This document shows, piece after piece, positions 8,168 to 16,880 of a DNA stretch of 21,130 nt (position 1 is the first letter of the stretch; each line of letters begins with the position of its first letter). The notes under the pieces were generated by a model. It was not told where the DNA came from, ran no database searches, and saw only the letters and a program-made list of their open reading frames with translations. The translations under genes were made by a program, and so were the position numbers. The DNA is from Candidatus Hermodarchaeota archaeon (GTDB taxonomy: Archaea; Asgardarchaeota; Thorarchaeia; Thorarchaeales; Thorarchaeaceae). The DNA lies in NCBI GenBank assembly GCA_048885865.1, contig JBHLLF010000044.1, positions 1-21,130 of the forward strand. The letters run 5' to 3'.

Positions 8168-8923
8168 ATGACGACTGATATTCACACGCATCTCGGAACT
8201 GACAGGAATTCGCTACACGAAGTCGATAAGCACAATCTCGCAGAGCAAGTGGATCTTCTTATCAGTCGCATGGACCATTTCGGCATCGAGAAAGCTGTGC
8301 TCACTCCTCTGAATCCATTCAAGGACAATGAGCTGAATCTATCCGCCGCAGCTATCTATCCTGATCGCCTGTTTAGTGCATGCACTCTACTCCCTCGGCC
8401 TATTGATTCTGCAAGGGAGAGGCTTATACACTACATCAATGAGGGATGCGTGGCCGTTGTTCTTGATGATAGGCATTATGGACCAGAGGACCCTGCTGCA
8501 CTAATGCTAATCCGAGAAGCTGTGGATCGCAATGTGCCAGTCTATATTCATAATGACGTCTTGACTGCTGGTGGCCTTGCGTTTATAGATAAGGCATCAA
8601 CCATGTTTCCAAAAGCTAAATTCGTGATTCTACATATGGGGGGGCTCTTCGGATTCCCTCAACTCATTCCTTTGATGTCACGTCAGAATATATGGTTGGA
8701 TATATCCATCACACTAGTGAAACTTGTCGAATCACATCTCAGGGTCTTTCTTGATGCACTTGCTCAAGACATTGGTGTTCGAAGACTAGTATTTGGCTCA
8801 GAACATCACAGTGAATACTTGGACTTGAGGGCAGCTCTGAATCTATTAGATTTGAATGTAGAAACAAGCCGAATAATCCGTGCTGAAAATGCATGGGTCC
8901 TGCTGGGACTTGATTTCACATAG
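8168..8923 (+). CDS. Amidohydrolase_2-family (TIM-barrel metal-dependent hydrolase) protein
   Basis: N-terminal DIHTH (HxH), MDHFGIEKAVL, PVYIH, FPKAKFVILHMG, NIWLDIS, LVFGSE and ENA. The start is ATG 8168. Confidence 0.85.
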   Translation: MTTDIHTHLGTDRNSLHEVDKHNLAEQVDLLISRMDHFGIEKAVLTPLNPFKDNELNLSAAAIYPDRLFSACTLLPRPIDSARERLIHYINEGCVAVVLDDRHYGPEDPAALMLIREAVDRNVPVYIHNDVLTAGGLAFIDKASTMFPKAKFVILHMGGLFGFPQLIPLMSRQNIWLDISITLVKLVESHLRVFLDALAQDIGVRRLVFGSEHHSEYLDLRAALNLLDLNVETSRIIRAENAWVLLGLDFT

Positions 8924-8937
8924 GGAGTGCTTTTCCC

Positions 8938-9279
8938 CTATTGCAGATATTGTGAAAGCATCTCTTGATGAATTAGCTGCTCAAGGTCATCCACTCTGGG
9001 CATTCCGACTATCCTGGATTTGGCTACGAAGACAGTTGGCACAGCCAAGACCTGATGTCTCTCCGTCAGAGCAGGCTTCTTATCAACCCGAGATTCCACC
9101 ACCTCAATGTAGGGTTGATAATAGGAAACTCTCTCAACAGCTTCCTTCACAACCTCTCTTGCTTCATCACAGAATGCACAAGTATCAGATGTGAAGAGAG
9201 TTATCTTGATGGTCTCTCTTGTGGCATCGAGTTCTTGCAAGAGCGACGTTTTTTCGCTAAGGGAATTACGATGCATCAT
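8938..9279 (-). CDS. Thioredoxin/glutaredoxin-like protein
   Basis: ITLFTSDTCAFC provides the CxxC, and VLAVPT the cis-Pro motif, followed by RIVGMP. The start is ATG 9279 or 9276; 9306 is an alternative that overlaps the upstream gene. Confidence 0.85.
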   Translation of the reverse strand: MMHRNSLSEKTSLLQELDATRETIKITLFTSDTCAFCDEAREVVKEAVERVSYYQPYIEVVESRVDKKPALTERHQVLAVPTVFVAKSRIVGMPRVDDLEQLIHQEMLSQYLQ

Positions 9280-9295
9280 GGCGAATTCCTCAGCG

Positions 9296-9529
9296 TTACT
9301 CAGCAAAGGCTGGAGGTTTCAGACGAATATGGTCTTCAACCCGGTCAACAGCTCGTAGAGGTATGACTTCCCATGTATGCGGTCTTTGGTCGTTCTCAGA
9401 TTTCTCAATAATCACATGCGGACCAGTATCGTCATCATACCATACCTGCTTCACACGACCTAAAGGAAAGCCTCTGAAGTCACGCACGACCTTTCCTTTT
9501 AGCAACCATTTCACTCTGTCACTCTTCAT
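9296..9529 (-). CDS. Small PRC-barrel domain protein
   Basis: LKGKVVRDFRGFPLGRVKQVWYD ... VIPLRAVDRVEDHIRL fits the PRC-barrel consensus (L.GK.V....G..LG.V.DV..D ... IP...V..V.D.I.L). It is 77 aa from ATG 9529. Confidence 0.75.
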   Translation of the reverse strand: MKSDRVKWLLKGKVVRDFRGFPLGRVKQVWYDDDTGPHVIIEKSENDQRPHTWEVIPLRAVDRVEDHIRLKPPAFAE

Positions 9530-9620
9530 CGTTCTCAAGGTGACATAGAAGCAAGTCATTGAAGAGCGTGTGTACAACCTAGACAATATTCACAAATGTA
9601 TTGAGAGCTGTATTAGTCCC

Positions 9621-10205
9621 TTACTTACTCTGGTCCTCCTCTTCCTCATATCCCCAATCTACAATCATTTCATCACCTGTTGGGAGAAAAGAGCCTGTGA
9701 GGAACCAGCCAGTGCCACCCATAATGAGTCCAAGGATGTTCAGCGAACCTCCTGTGACTATAAACAGGCGTGAGTCAGTCATCTGGGTAAATCCGACATC
9801 CATGAGTGCTGTTTCATTGGCTCTATCCAACGTGATTGTATATTGACCAGGAATCACATCTATCATCTGTCGCGATACGAACGTTGGTGGGTTCGAGCCC
9901 GGAACCACATCATCTGATGTAAGAGTGAAATTCACAAGATAGTCTTGGGACGATTCATCATGCCTGACTGTAAAGTCAATCTCAAGCGCTGAAATGTTAG
10001 ATGAAGCGCGTAAATCAAGTGAGATTTCAAGCTCTGGATAGTATCCAGATGCATCCCGAATCGTGAAGGGCATGCGTTCGCCGACTGATGCTCTATAGAT
10101 AACAATGTTGTACGGAGCGCTCAGTACAATTATCCCCCCTAGTATGATGACAAATGCACCGCCAAAATATAGGAAAGCCTTCTTTGAGCGCCACGGATTG
10201 CCCAT
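9621..10205 (-). CDS. Hypothetical membrane protein (N- and C-terminal TM helices around a beta-rich extracytoplasmic domain)
   Basis: 194 aa with hydrophobic segments at about residues 10-30 and 147-172, a Ser/Thr/Asn-rich middle with NxS/T sequons (NIS, NFT, NET), and an acidic tail. Confidence 0.78.
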   Translation of the reverse strand: MGNPWRSKKAFLYFGGAFVIILGGIIVLSAPYNIVIYRASVGERMPFTIRDASGYYPELEISLDLRASSNISALEIDFTVRHDESSQDYLVNFTLTSDDVVPGSNPPTFVSRQMIDVIPGQYTITLDRANETALMDVGFTQMTDSRLFIVTGGSLNILGLIMGGTGWFLTGSFLPTGDEMIVDWGYEEEEDQSK

Positions 10206-10324
10206 AATTAATCGACCGAGTGAAAAGGCATTACTATCAGATATAGGTGTAACGAACAGGACATTGCGCTATTCTGCAAACTGCCAAACTTAAAGAGATA
10301 GCACTGGATTATGGAATAGAGAGT

Positions 10325-12001
10325 ATGACCGAGTTTCTGAAAATCGCTGAAACACTAGACAAGATTGCTGCTGTTTCTAGCCGGAATGCCAAGCTTGACT
10401 TAGTCGCTACACTTCTTAGAGAAGTGGATACTCTCGAAGTCAGGACTTCGGCGCTGTTTCTGGGTGGCCGCATCTTCCCGGAAAGTGATGATCGAGTTCT
10501 CAATGTATCATGGAGCGGGCTTAAGTCAGCACTTAAGCAAGTCATTGACTTCTCTATGGAAGACTTGAGTGAATCATATCAGGGTGATACTGGTGATGCT
10601 GTTGCGGCCTTACTTGAATCAGGAAAATTCACAGTGCAGACAGGTCTCTTCTCAACCCCGCTATCAATAAAATCTCTCGAAGATAACTTCAGTGTCATTG
10701 CTGGACTTCAGGGGCCTGGTTCAAAGAAGAAAAAGGAGGCAATCCTAGCACAGATATTGAGGGAAGCAGCTCCAATAGAAGCGAAATATATTACAGCCCT
10801 CGTGTTGAGCGACATGCGCATTGGACTGTCTGAGGGTCTATTGGCGGAGGGAATTGCCCGAGCTTTCAATATAGAACCAAAGCTAGTGAGAAGAGCGTGG
10901 AGTTTCACTGGAGATTTGGGTCAAGTTGCAGAGATAGCCGCAGTGGGAGGAGCGTCTGCGCTAGATGAAATCAAGGTGACTCTTTTCAGGCCTGTGAAGC
11001 CTATGCTTGCCAGTCCTGCTGATTCTGTTGATGAGGTGTTTGGGATAGGTTCCTCGTATGCTTTCGAGTTCAAGCTAGATGGAGCTAGAGTTCAGATTCA
11101 CAAACAGGGGGATAAAGTCACCATCTATTCCCGTAGGCTACAGAATGTAACTGAAAGCCTACCGGATATTGTAGAGATTGTCAGGAGTAAAGTAGCGGCA
11201 GATCTGGCAATCTTGGACGGAGAGGTGGTAGCCGTTAGTGACAAAGGACGGCCGTTTCCATTTCAGGTCGTAATGAAGCGTTTTGGAAGGACGCGTGAAG
11301 TCGAGAAGACAAAGGATGAAGTCCAATTGCATCTATATCTCTTTGACCTTCTATTGCTTGAAACCAACCAGCATATAGACTCCAGATACTCGGAGAGAAG
11401 AGAATTGCTGGAATCCATAGCACCTCAGGAAATTCTCATAGAGAGCTACTACACTGCGAGCGAAGATGAAGCTGAGAGTTACTTCGATAGGAGCAAGACT
11501 CTCGGACATGAAGGACTGATAGCAAAACAAGTAGATTCAACCTACGTGCCGGGAACGAGGGGCAAGAACTGGTTCAAGATTAAACACTCGTTGGACACTA
11601 TGGACTTGGTCATCATTGCTGCAGAGTGGGGACACGGAAGAAGGAAGAATTGGCTTTCCGATTACCACCTTGCAGTAAGAGACCCTGATACAGATTCCTA
11701 TGTCATGATTGGCAAAACATACAAGGGTCTGACTGACGTCGAGTTTGAAGAGATGACTAGCAAGCTCAAATCAATCTCTACTGGCAAGAAGGGACATGTC
11801 GTGACAGTGAAGCCTGAGATTGTGGTCGAGGTCCTAGCAGACGAAATACAGGAGAGCCCAAACTACAAATCGGGCATGGCCTTAAGGTTCGCAAGAATAG
11901 TGAATATTCGCTATGACAAGTCGCCGACTGATGCTATGACTCTGGACCAGTTAAAGACGATTTATTCAGGTCAGTTCAAGTACAAGGCAAGCCAGACATG
12001 A
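10325..12001 (+). CDS. lig: ATP-dependent DNA ligase (archaeal type)
   Basis: Motif I EFKLDGARVQ (adenylated Lys), III ILDGEVV, IIIa YLFDLL, IV EGLIAK, V WFKIK and VI LRFAR..IRYDK, plus the N-terminal DNA-binding domain. 558 aa. Confidence 0.97.
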   Translation: MTEFLKIAETLDKIAAVSSRNAKLDLVATLLREVDTLEVRTSALFLGGRIFPESDDRVLNVSWSGLKSALKQVIDFSMEDLSESYQGDTGDAVAALLESGKFTVQTGLFSTPLSIKSLEDNFSVIAGLQGPGSKKKKEAILAQILREAAPIEAKYITALVLSDMRIGLSEGLLAEGIARAFNIEPKLVRRAWSFTGDLGQVAEIAAVGGASALDEIKVTLFRPVKPMLASPADSVDEVFGIGSSYAFEFKLDGARVQIHKQGDKVTIYSRRLQNVTESLPDIVEIVRSKVAADLAILDGEVVAVSDKGRPFPFQVVMKRFGRTREVEKTKDEVQLHLYLFDLLLLETNQHIDSRYSERRELLESIAPQEILIESYYTASEDEAESYFDRSKTLGHEGLIAKQVDSTYVPGTRGKNWFKIKHSLDTMDLVIIAAEWGHGRRKNWLSDYHLAVRDPDTDSYVMIGKTYKGLTDVEFEEMTSKLKSISTGKKGHVVTVKPEIVVEVLADEIQESPNYKSGMALRFARIVNIRYDKSPTDAMTLDQLKTIYSGQFKYKASQT

Positions 12002-12151
12002 GAGAAGGTCATTAAACGGTTGCATATTGACTAGTTCTTCGACCATAGGGTATATATGGCATTCATAACGCGGTCACCCATATCACCTCAGGAGCATCAT
12101 GAGGCCCTCTTGATGTTGATGAGGCACACATAAAGATTCGAGGAAAGAAAG

Positions 12152-12628
12152 TTGAATCTGCCCAAGTTTGTGGTCTGGATTTTCATAATCCTTCCCATTC
12201 CTTTGATTTCATTGGGGCTAATCCTCTTGAGTGAGCTGATGATTACGGGAATCATGATTATCCCGTTCTTGTCGATAATCTACATGTTTGTCATCTTTTG
12301 GATTGTAGAGCAAGGTTCCCGATGGCAGAAGCATCCGTACCTAGGAGCCTTTGCTCGGTTTATTCAAAAATCGCAATTTAGGACCTTTATCGTGTACTTC
12401 TTCCTCACCATCCTGATGATTTTTGGAGTCCTAGGGGTCATGGTGGGATTCTGGATTGACTCCATAATTGCCGGCGCTGCAATACGAAATACGGCACCAG
12501 TCGTCAACTCATTACTATTGGCCATTCTACTGCTGTCAGCCATGATCCCAGTTATGTGGAGCAGCTTCAGAAGGTGGCGCCAAGCAGTAAGAAGCGCAGC
12601 TGAAGTACGCGTGCGAACAACCCAATGA
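12152..12628 (+). CDS. Hypothetical integral membrane protein (about 4 TM); possibly the 3' part of a longer frame starting at 12056 and interrupted by TAA
   Basis: Four hydrophobic segments. The TTG start follows GAGG. An upstream in-frame ATG at 12056 is separated from it by a single TAA at 12131-12133. Confidence 0.72.
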   Translation: MNLPKFVVWIFIILPIPLISLGLILLSELMITGIMIIPFLSIIYMFVIFWIVEQGSRWQKHPYLGAFARFIQKSQFRTFIVYFFLTILMIFGVLGVMVGFWIDSIIAGAAIRNTAPVVNSLLLAILLLSAMIPVMWSSFRRWRQAVRSAAEVRVRTTQ

Positions 12629-12711
12629 ATTCCAAATGCAAAACTCGCTTGGAGGTGGGTAGATTGAAAGCTGCCCCCCAATTCAACTAGAGAGTGCCAA
12701 AATTGGCGTCT

Positions 12712-13614
12712 ATGGAAATCACTCCCGGCATTCATGTTATCATAGGGGGCTCCTTTCCGTTCTGCAATACATTGGTCATATTTGATGAGGAGTTGGTGGT
12801 TGTCGATCCGGGATGTTCAATAGAATCACTCAGACGGTTCTTATCCTCATATAACAGAGAGCTGCGAAACGTACGCACGGTCATACTCTCTCATATCCAT
12901 CCGGACCATATCACACATGCCGTAAGACTCAATCGGCTATCCGGTTGCAGAATTGCAGCTAACGAGATTACAGCCCCTCTCTTCAATGAAAAGGAGAGAA
13001 TGAAAGAATTCCTTGGATTTCATAAAGCTAATCCTGTACGAGCATCGTGGGAAAATCTTGTTAATGAAAGAATGTATGGCGCCCTTGATGAAGGCCGAGC
13101 TGAAGAGGTCCTTAAGGAGGGGGAAAGGTTCCAACTTGGCGATTTCACGCTGAGAGCAATAATGACGCCTGGCCATCTCCCTGATCATATGTGTGTTGAG
13201 ATTGTTGAGCAGAACCTCCTCTTTGCTGCTGACCTGGATTGTACCGAATTCGGCCCATTCTATGGGCATCCCAACTCCTCCATTGCGGATTTCAAGGAGT
13301 CGATTGCCAAGGTTCAGAGCGGTGATTATAGAGGGATTATAAGCGGTCATCTCAATGAACCCCTCTTGGAGGACTATAGACCAGCATTAGATGCATATTC
13401 TCGCCAGTTTGATATTCGAGATGATTTGGTATTTTCAGCCATTGAAGAAGGGGCTGATTCTATAGATAGAATCACAATGAATCCCATTGTATATCCATCG
13501 CTAACAAATCCAGTGTTTCTATACTTTGAGAAGTGGATGATTGAACATCATGTCAGGAGCCTAGTTGCCAAGAGTCTTGTAGAGGATAAACAGGGTCGAT
13601 TAAGGCCCACATAG
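12712..13614 (+). CDS. Metallo-beta-lactamase-fold hydrolase with a probable C-terminal winged-helix-like region
   Basis: VVDPG, SHIHPDH (HxHxDH), TPGHLPDH, FAAD and ISGH. The start is ATG 12712; GTG 12694 is an alternative. Confidence 0.9.
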   Translation: MEITPGIHVIIGGSFPFCNTLVIFDEELVVVDPGCSIESLRRFLSSYNRELRNVRTVILSHIHPDHITHAVRLNRLSGCRIAANEITAPLFNEKERMKEFLGFHKANPVRASWENLVNERMYGALDEGRAEEVLKEGERFQLGDFTLRAIMTPGHLPDHMCVEIVEQNLLFAADLDCTEFGPFYGHPNSSIADFKESIAKVQSGDYRGIISGHLNEPLLEDYRPALDAYSRQFDIRDDLVFSAIEEGADSIDRITMNPIVYPSLTNPVFLYFEKWMIEHHVRSLVAKSLVEDKQGRLRPT

Positions 13615-13673
13615 TAGATACTTAATACCCAGTGTGTTTCGTGTACTCAGTCAAGCCCTGGAGATGATAGAAC

Positions 13674-14360
13674 ATGCCAGATTCAGAAAATGACAAAATC
13701 AATTCGGATGATGAATTGGCTGATGCCAGAAGGTTGTTGGCATTAACGGAGATTGTTGACAGATATCCAAAAGTTGTCATGAGAAGGGTAAGTGGAATCA
13801 TATACATCCTGATTGGAGGCGGGATATCATTCGCCACACTAGTCATGTTCGTACTTACGGTGGTTTATAGTCCACTAGATTGGAATCCTCTGTTGAATCT
13901 AGCATTCGTAGCCGTAAGTCTACTAATCACCTGGGTCATTGCATTTCGGCTTTTTGGTCCACTCACAAGGTCATTTCCGAAGAGGGAGGTGCAACAGAAA
14001 CCGCCCACCTGGTTCTACTTCATGTGGGGAGTTATTGGAGTTATCCTGGCTGTCTCATCGGTTTTTCTATTCACACAAGAGAATCCGCTAGGTTTCCCCA
14101 TCCTCGTTCAATGCGTTCTAGCATTCGGACAGTCAGTCAACTACTACTTCTCGAGAATGGACCCGGAAAGCGGCGGATTTTACAAGGAGAATCTCGCATT
14201 TGCCCTTGCGGCATTGCTGTCGATGCCATTCATGCTATTACTGCCAGAATTGGCATACCTAATCTTAATCATTGTTGACATCGGTGGTATCTATATCATC
14301 GGAGTGTATGCGCTAATCACTGCTGAAAGACTCCTTTTGGAAAGTACTGGGCGGGGATGA
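13674..14360 (+). CDS. Hypothetical polytopic membrane protein (about 6 TM)
   Basis: 228 aa with six hydrophobic segments. Its stop overlaps the ATG of the downstream regulator (ATGA). Confidence 0.82.
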   Translation: MPDSENDKINSDDELADARRLLALTEIVDRYPKVVMRRVSGIIYILIGGGISFATLVMFVLTVVYSPLDWNPLLNLAFVAVSLLITWVIAFRLFGPLTRSFPKREVQQKPPTWFYFMWGVIGVILAVSSVFLFTQENPLGFPILVQCVLAFGQSVNYYFSRMDPESGGFYKENLAFALAALLSMPFMLLLPELAYLILIIVDIGGIYIIGVYALITAERLLLESTGRG

Positions 14361-14701
14361 CACTGTCTGCAGATAGAGACCTCCTGAAGGTACTAGCTGG
14401 GTTCATGAGCGAGGATCGAGAAACCCTCGTACCTGCCAGACTCTCTATCTTGGTCTATCTATACTTCACAGGTTCAGCACAGTTCTCCAAACTTCAGGAT
14501 AAACTTGAATTGACCTCCGGCAATCTAGCTAGTCACCTGAAGAAGCTAGAATCCATGGATCTAATCAAAACCACACGGGGATTCATCGAGGTGAAACCAG
14601 TCCGTTTCATTGAGATCACTCCTGCTGGCGTTGAGAAAGTGAGAGAGCAAGTCCTTAGAATGCGTGAATTGGTTTCAAAGGTAGTAGAGAATGAGTATTG
14701 A
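14357..14701 (+). CDS. Winged helix-turn-helix transcriptional regulator (ArsR/MarR-like, HTH_34 type)
   Basis: PARLSILVYL...FSKLQDKLELTSGNLASHLKKLE...ITPAG is the typical pattern of this family. Confidence 0.88.
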   Translation: MTLSADRDLLKVLAGFMSEDRETLVPARLSILVYLYFTGSAQFSKLQDKLELTSGNLASHLKKLESMDLIKTTRGFIEVKPVRFIEITPAGVEKVREQVLRMRELVSKVVENEY

Positions 14702-14722
14702 ACTGGTCAATCCGTAAATGCT

Positions 14723-14739
14723 TTAACTATTGTTAATAA
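14723..14739. promoter_or_regulatory. 17-bp motif TTAACTATTGTTAATAA with palindromic core TTAAC-N4-GTTAA (copy 1), putative operator/promoter element
   Basis: Intergenic, ending about 30 bp upstream of the YyaL-like ATG. An identical 17-mer lies at 19413-19429. Confidence 0.5.
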
Positions 14740-14768
14740 TATATGATTTGTAATTCTGAGGCTTCTAG

Positions 14769-16871
14769 ATGACTGATCAAGAGGGCAAACCAAACAGATT
14801 GATTTCAGAAAAGAGTCCATATCTACTTCAACACGCCTATAATCCAGTTGACTGGTATCCATGGGGAGAAGAGGCATTTGAAAAAGCTAGCAAAGAAAAC
14901 AAGCCCATCTTCCTCTCCATCGGCTATAGTACCTGTCACTGGTGTCATGTCATGGCGCATGAGTCGTTCGAGGATGAAGAAGTGGCAGCGCTCATGAATG
15001 ATGCTTTTGTCAATATCAAAGTGGATAGAGAGGAACGACCTGATATTGACGGAGTGTACATGCAAATTGCACAGATGATGACGGGCAGTGGAGGATGGCC
15101 TCTTACAATCGTCATGACGCCTGACAAAAAGCCATTCTATGCAGCTACGTACATACCGAAGGAAGCAAGGTTCAGACAGCTTGGGATGATTCAGGTCGTT
15201 CCAAGACTGAAAGAGATCTGGGAATCTGAGCGAGAGAATGTCGATGATGTGACACGGCAAATCGAGCAAGCACTGTCAACTGAATCCAGTAGCGCAAGTG
15301 ATGTCCAAGTTGACCTGGAGGCAATAGAAACCGCCTTCTCCATGTTCTTGAGAAGGTTCGACGAGAAGAGGGGCGGATTTGGCACGGCGCCAAAATTCCC
15401 AAGTCCCCATAACTTGATGTTGCTCTTGAGATATTGGAAAAGAACAGGCAACAAAGACGCTCTGAACTTGGTTGAAACAACACTCAGAGAGATGCGAAAG
15501 GGAGGAATTTGGGACCACATAGGATTTGGATTCCATAGATACTCAACTGATGCTGAGTGGCTGCTCCCTCATTTTGAGAAAATGCTCTACGACCAAGCGA
15601 TGCTTCTCCATGCGTATATTGAAACCTACGAAGCAACCGGAGATGCCTTTTATGCACAAGTCGCCCAAGATATCATTCAATATGTCTTTAGAAACATGAC
15701 TAGTCCTGAAGGTGCGTTTTATTCAGCCGAAGATGCGGATAGCGAGGGAGTGGAAGGCAAGTTCTACGTATGGGCGCATAATGAAGTCAGAGATGTCTTG
15801 GATTCTCAGGAATTTGATACATTTTCCAGATACTACAATATACATGAGCAAGGTAACTTCAAGGAAGAAGCTACTCGAGAGGATACAGGCCTCAATATCC
15901 CACATATAACAGACTCACTGGAAAAGGTTGCAGAGGAAATTGGTATCGCATCAGACCTAGTTTCTGAATTACTAGAAAGTGGTCGGCAGAAAGTATTCGC
16001 TCTCCGCGAAACAAGAATTCGACCTCAACGGGATGACAAGGTTCTCACGGATTGGAACGGACTGTTCATCGCAGCCCTTGCAAAGGCATCTCGGACGTTG
16101 GGTAGTAGTGAGTATCTGAAAGCAGCTGAAAAAGCAATCAGATTCATTCTAGCCAAAATGATGTCAAAGGATGGGCGGCTGTTTCACAGATTCAGGGATG
16201 AGGAAGTTCTCGTGCCAGGATTCTTGGATGATTATGCGTTCTTGGTCTGGGGACTCATCGAACTCTACGAAACCTCGTTCAATCCAGAGTATCTAGAGTT
16301 AGCTAGAAACCTCACGAAGAAACAGATCGATCACTTTTGGGATACCAAGAATGGTGCCTTCTTCTTCACAGCTGATAACTCAGAAGAATTACTTGTGCGG
16401 CAGAAAGATGCTTATGACGGTGCGATTCCGTCAGGAAACTCTGTATCCTTGTTGAACCTCATCCGATTAGCCAGATTACTGGGAAACGAAGGCTTTGAGG
16501 CGCTATCAGCGAAAATAACAGAGGCATTCTCAGGTATTATCAATAGAAGTCCTACTGGGTTCTCATTCATGCTATCAGGTCTAGATTATGCATTGGGTCC
16601 ATCTCACGAAGTTGTCATCGCTGGTAGACTTGACGAGGAAGAAACTCAGATGATTTTGAGCGAATTGAGGAATCGTTTCTTGCCGAACACCGTTGTCCTT
16701 CTCCGTTCAGATGAGGAAACTTCAAGGAGATTGAATGACCTTGCTCCATTCTCGAAGTTCTATGATAGAGTGAATAACAAAGCTACAGTTCATGTCTGCA
16801 TCAACCATAATTGCAAGCTGCCAACAAATGACATTGGTCAAATGCTCAAGCTTCTTGGAGAAGCATCTTGA
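14769..16871 (+). CDS. yyaL: YyaL/SPATA20-family protein (thioredoxin-like domain plus alpha/alpha-barrel domain)
   Basis: [96 protein letters not shown] and DGAIPSGNS. Confidence 0.93.
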   Translation: MTDQEGKPNRLISEKSPYLLQHAYNPVDWYPWGEEAFEKASKENKPIFLSIGYSTCHWCHVMAHESFEDEEVAALMNDAFVNIKVDREERPDIDGVYMQIAQMMTGSGGWPLTIVMTPDKKPFYAATYIPKEARFRQLGMIQVVPRLKEIWESERENVDDVTRQIEQALSTESSSASDVQVDLEAIETAFSMFLRRFDEKRGGFGTAPKFPSPHNLMLLLRYWKRTGNKDALNLVETTLREMRKGGIWDHIGFGFHRYSTDAEWLLPHFEKMLYDQAMLLHAYIETYEATGDAFYAQVAQDIIQYVFRNMTSPEGAFYSAEDADSEGVEGKFYVWAHNEVRDVLDSQEFDTFSRYYNIHEQGNFKEEATREDTGLNIPHITDSLEKVAEEIGIASDLVSELLESGRQKVFALRETRIRPQRDDKVLTDWNGLFIAALAKASRTLGSSEYLKAAEKAIRFILAKMMSKDGRLFHRFRDEEVLVPGFLDDYAFLVWGLIELYETSFNPEYLELARNLTKKQIDHFWDTKNGAFFFTADNSEELLVRQKDAYDGAIPSGNSVSLLNLIRLARLLGNEGFEALSAKITEAFSGIINRSPTGFSFMLSGLDYALGPSHEVVIAGRLDEEETQMILSELRNRFLPNTVVLLRSDEETSRRLNDLAPFSKFYDRVNNKATVHVCINHNCKLPTNDIGQMLKLLGEAS

Positions 16872-16880
16872 GTTAGCGTG

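Noticed and set aside
8056-8169. Hydrophobic N-terminal extension (MKCNLFWRIFLLLGLSFIICWELIII) as a signal anchor for the SCP2-like protein
   Set aside because: It spans the AT-rich divergent promoter region and overlaps the amidohydrolase start, so it is probably translated intergenic DNA. I cannot fully exclude it.
8093-8180. Box C-like ATGATGA in the SCP2/amidohydrolase gap as a C/D sRNA
   Set aside because: There is no D' or C' box, and the nearest CTGA is about 80 nt away inside the next CDS.
12086-12124. Hairpin with ATGA...GA as a possible SECIS element
   Set aside because: The helix above the putative core is far too short, there is no apical AA, and I found no in-frame TGA at a Cys-equivalent position in nearby genes. 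The nearby in-frame stop is TAA.
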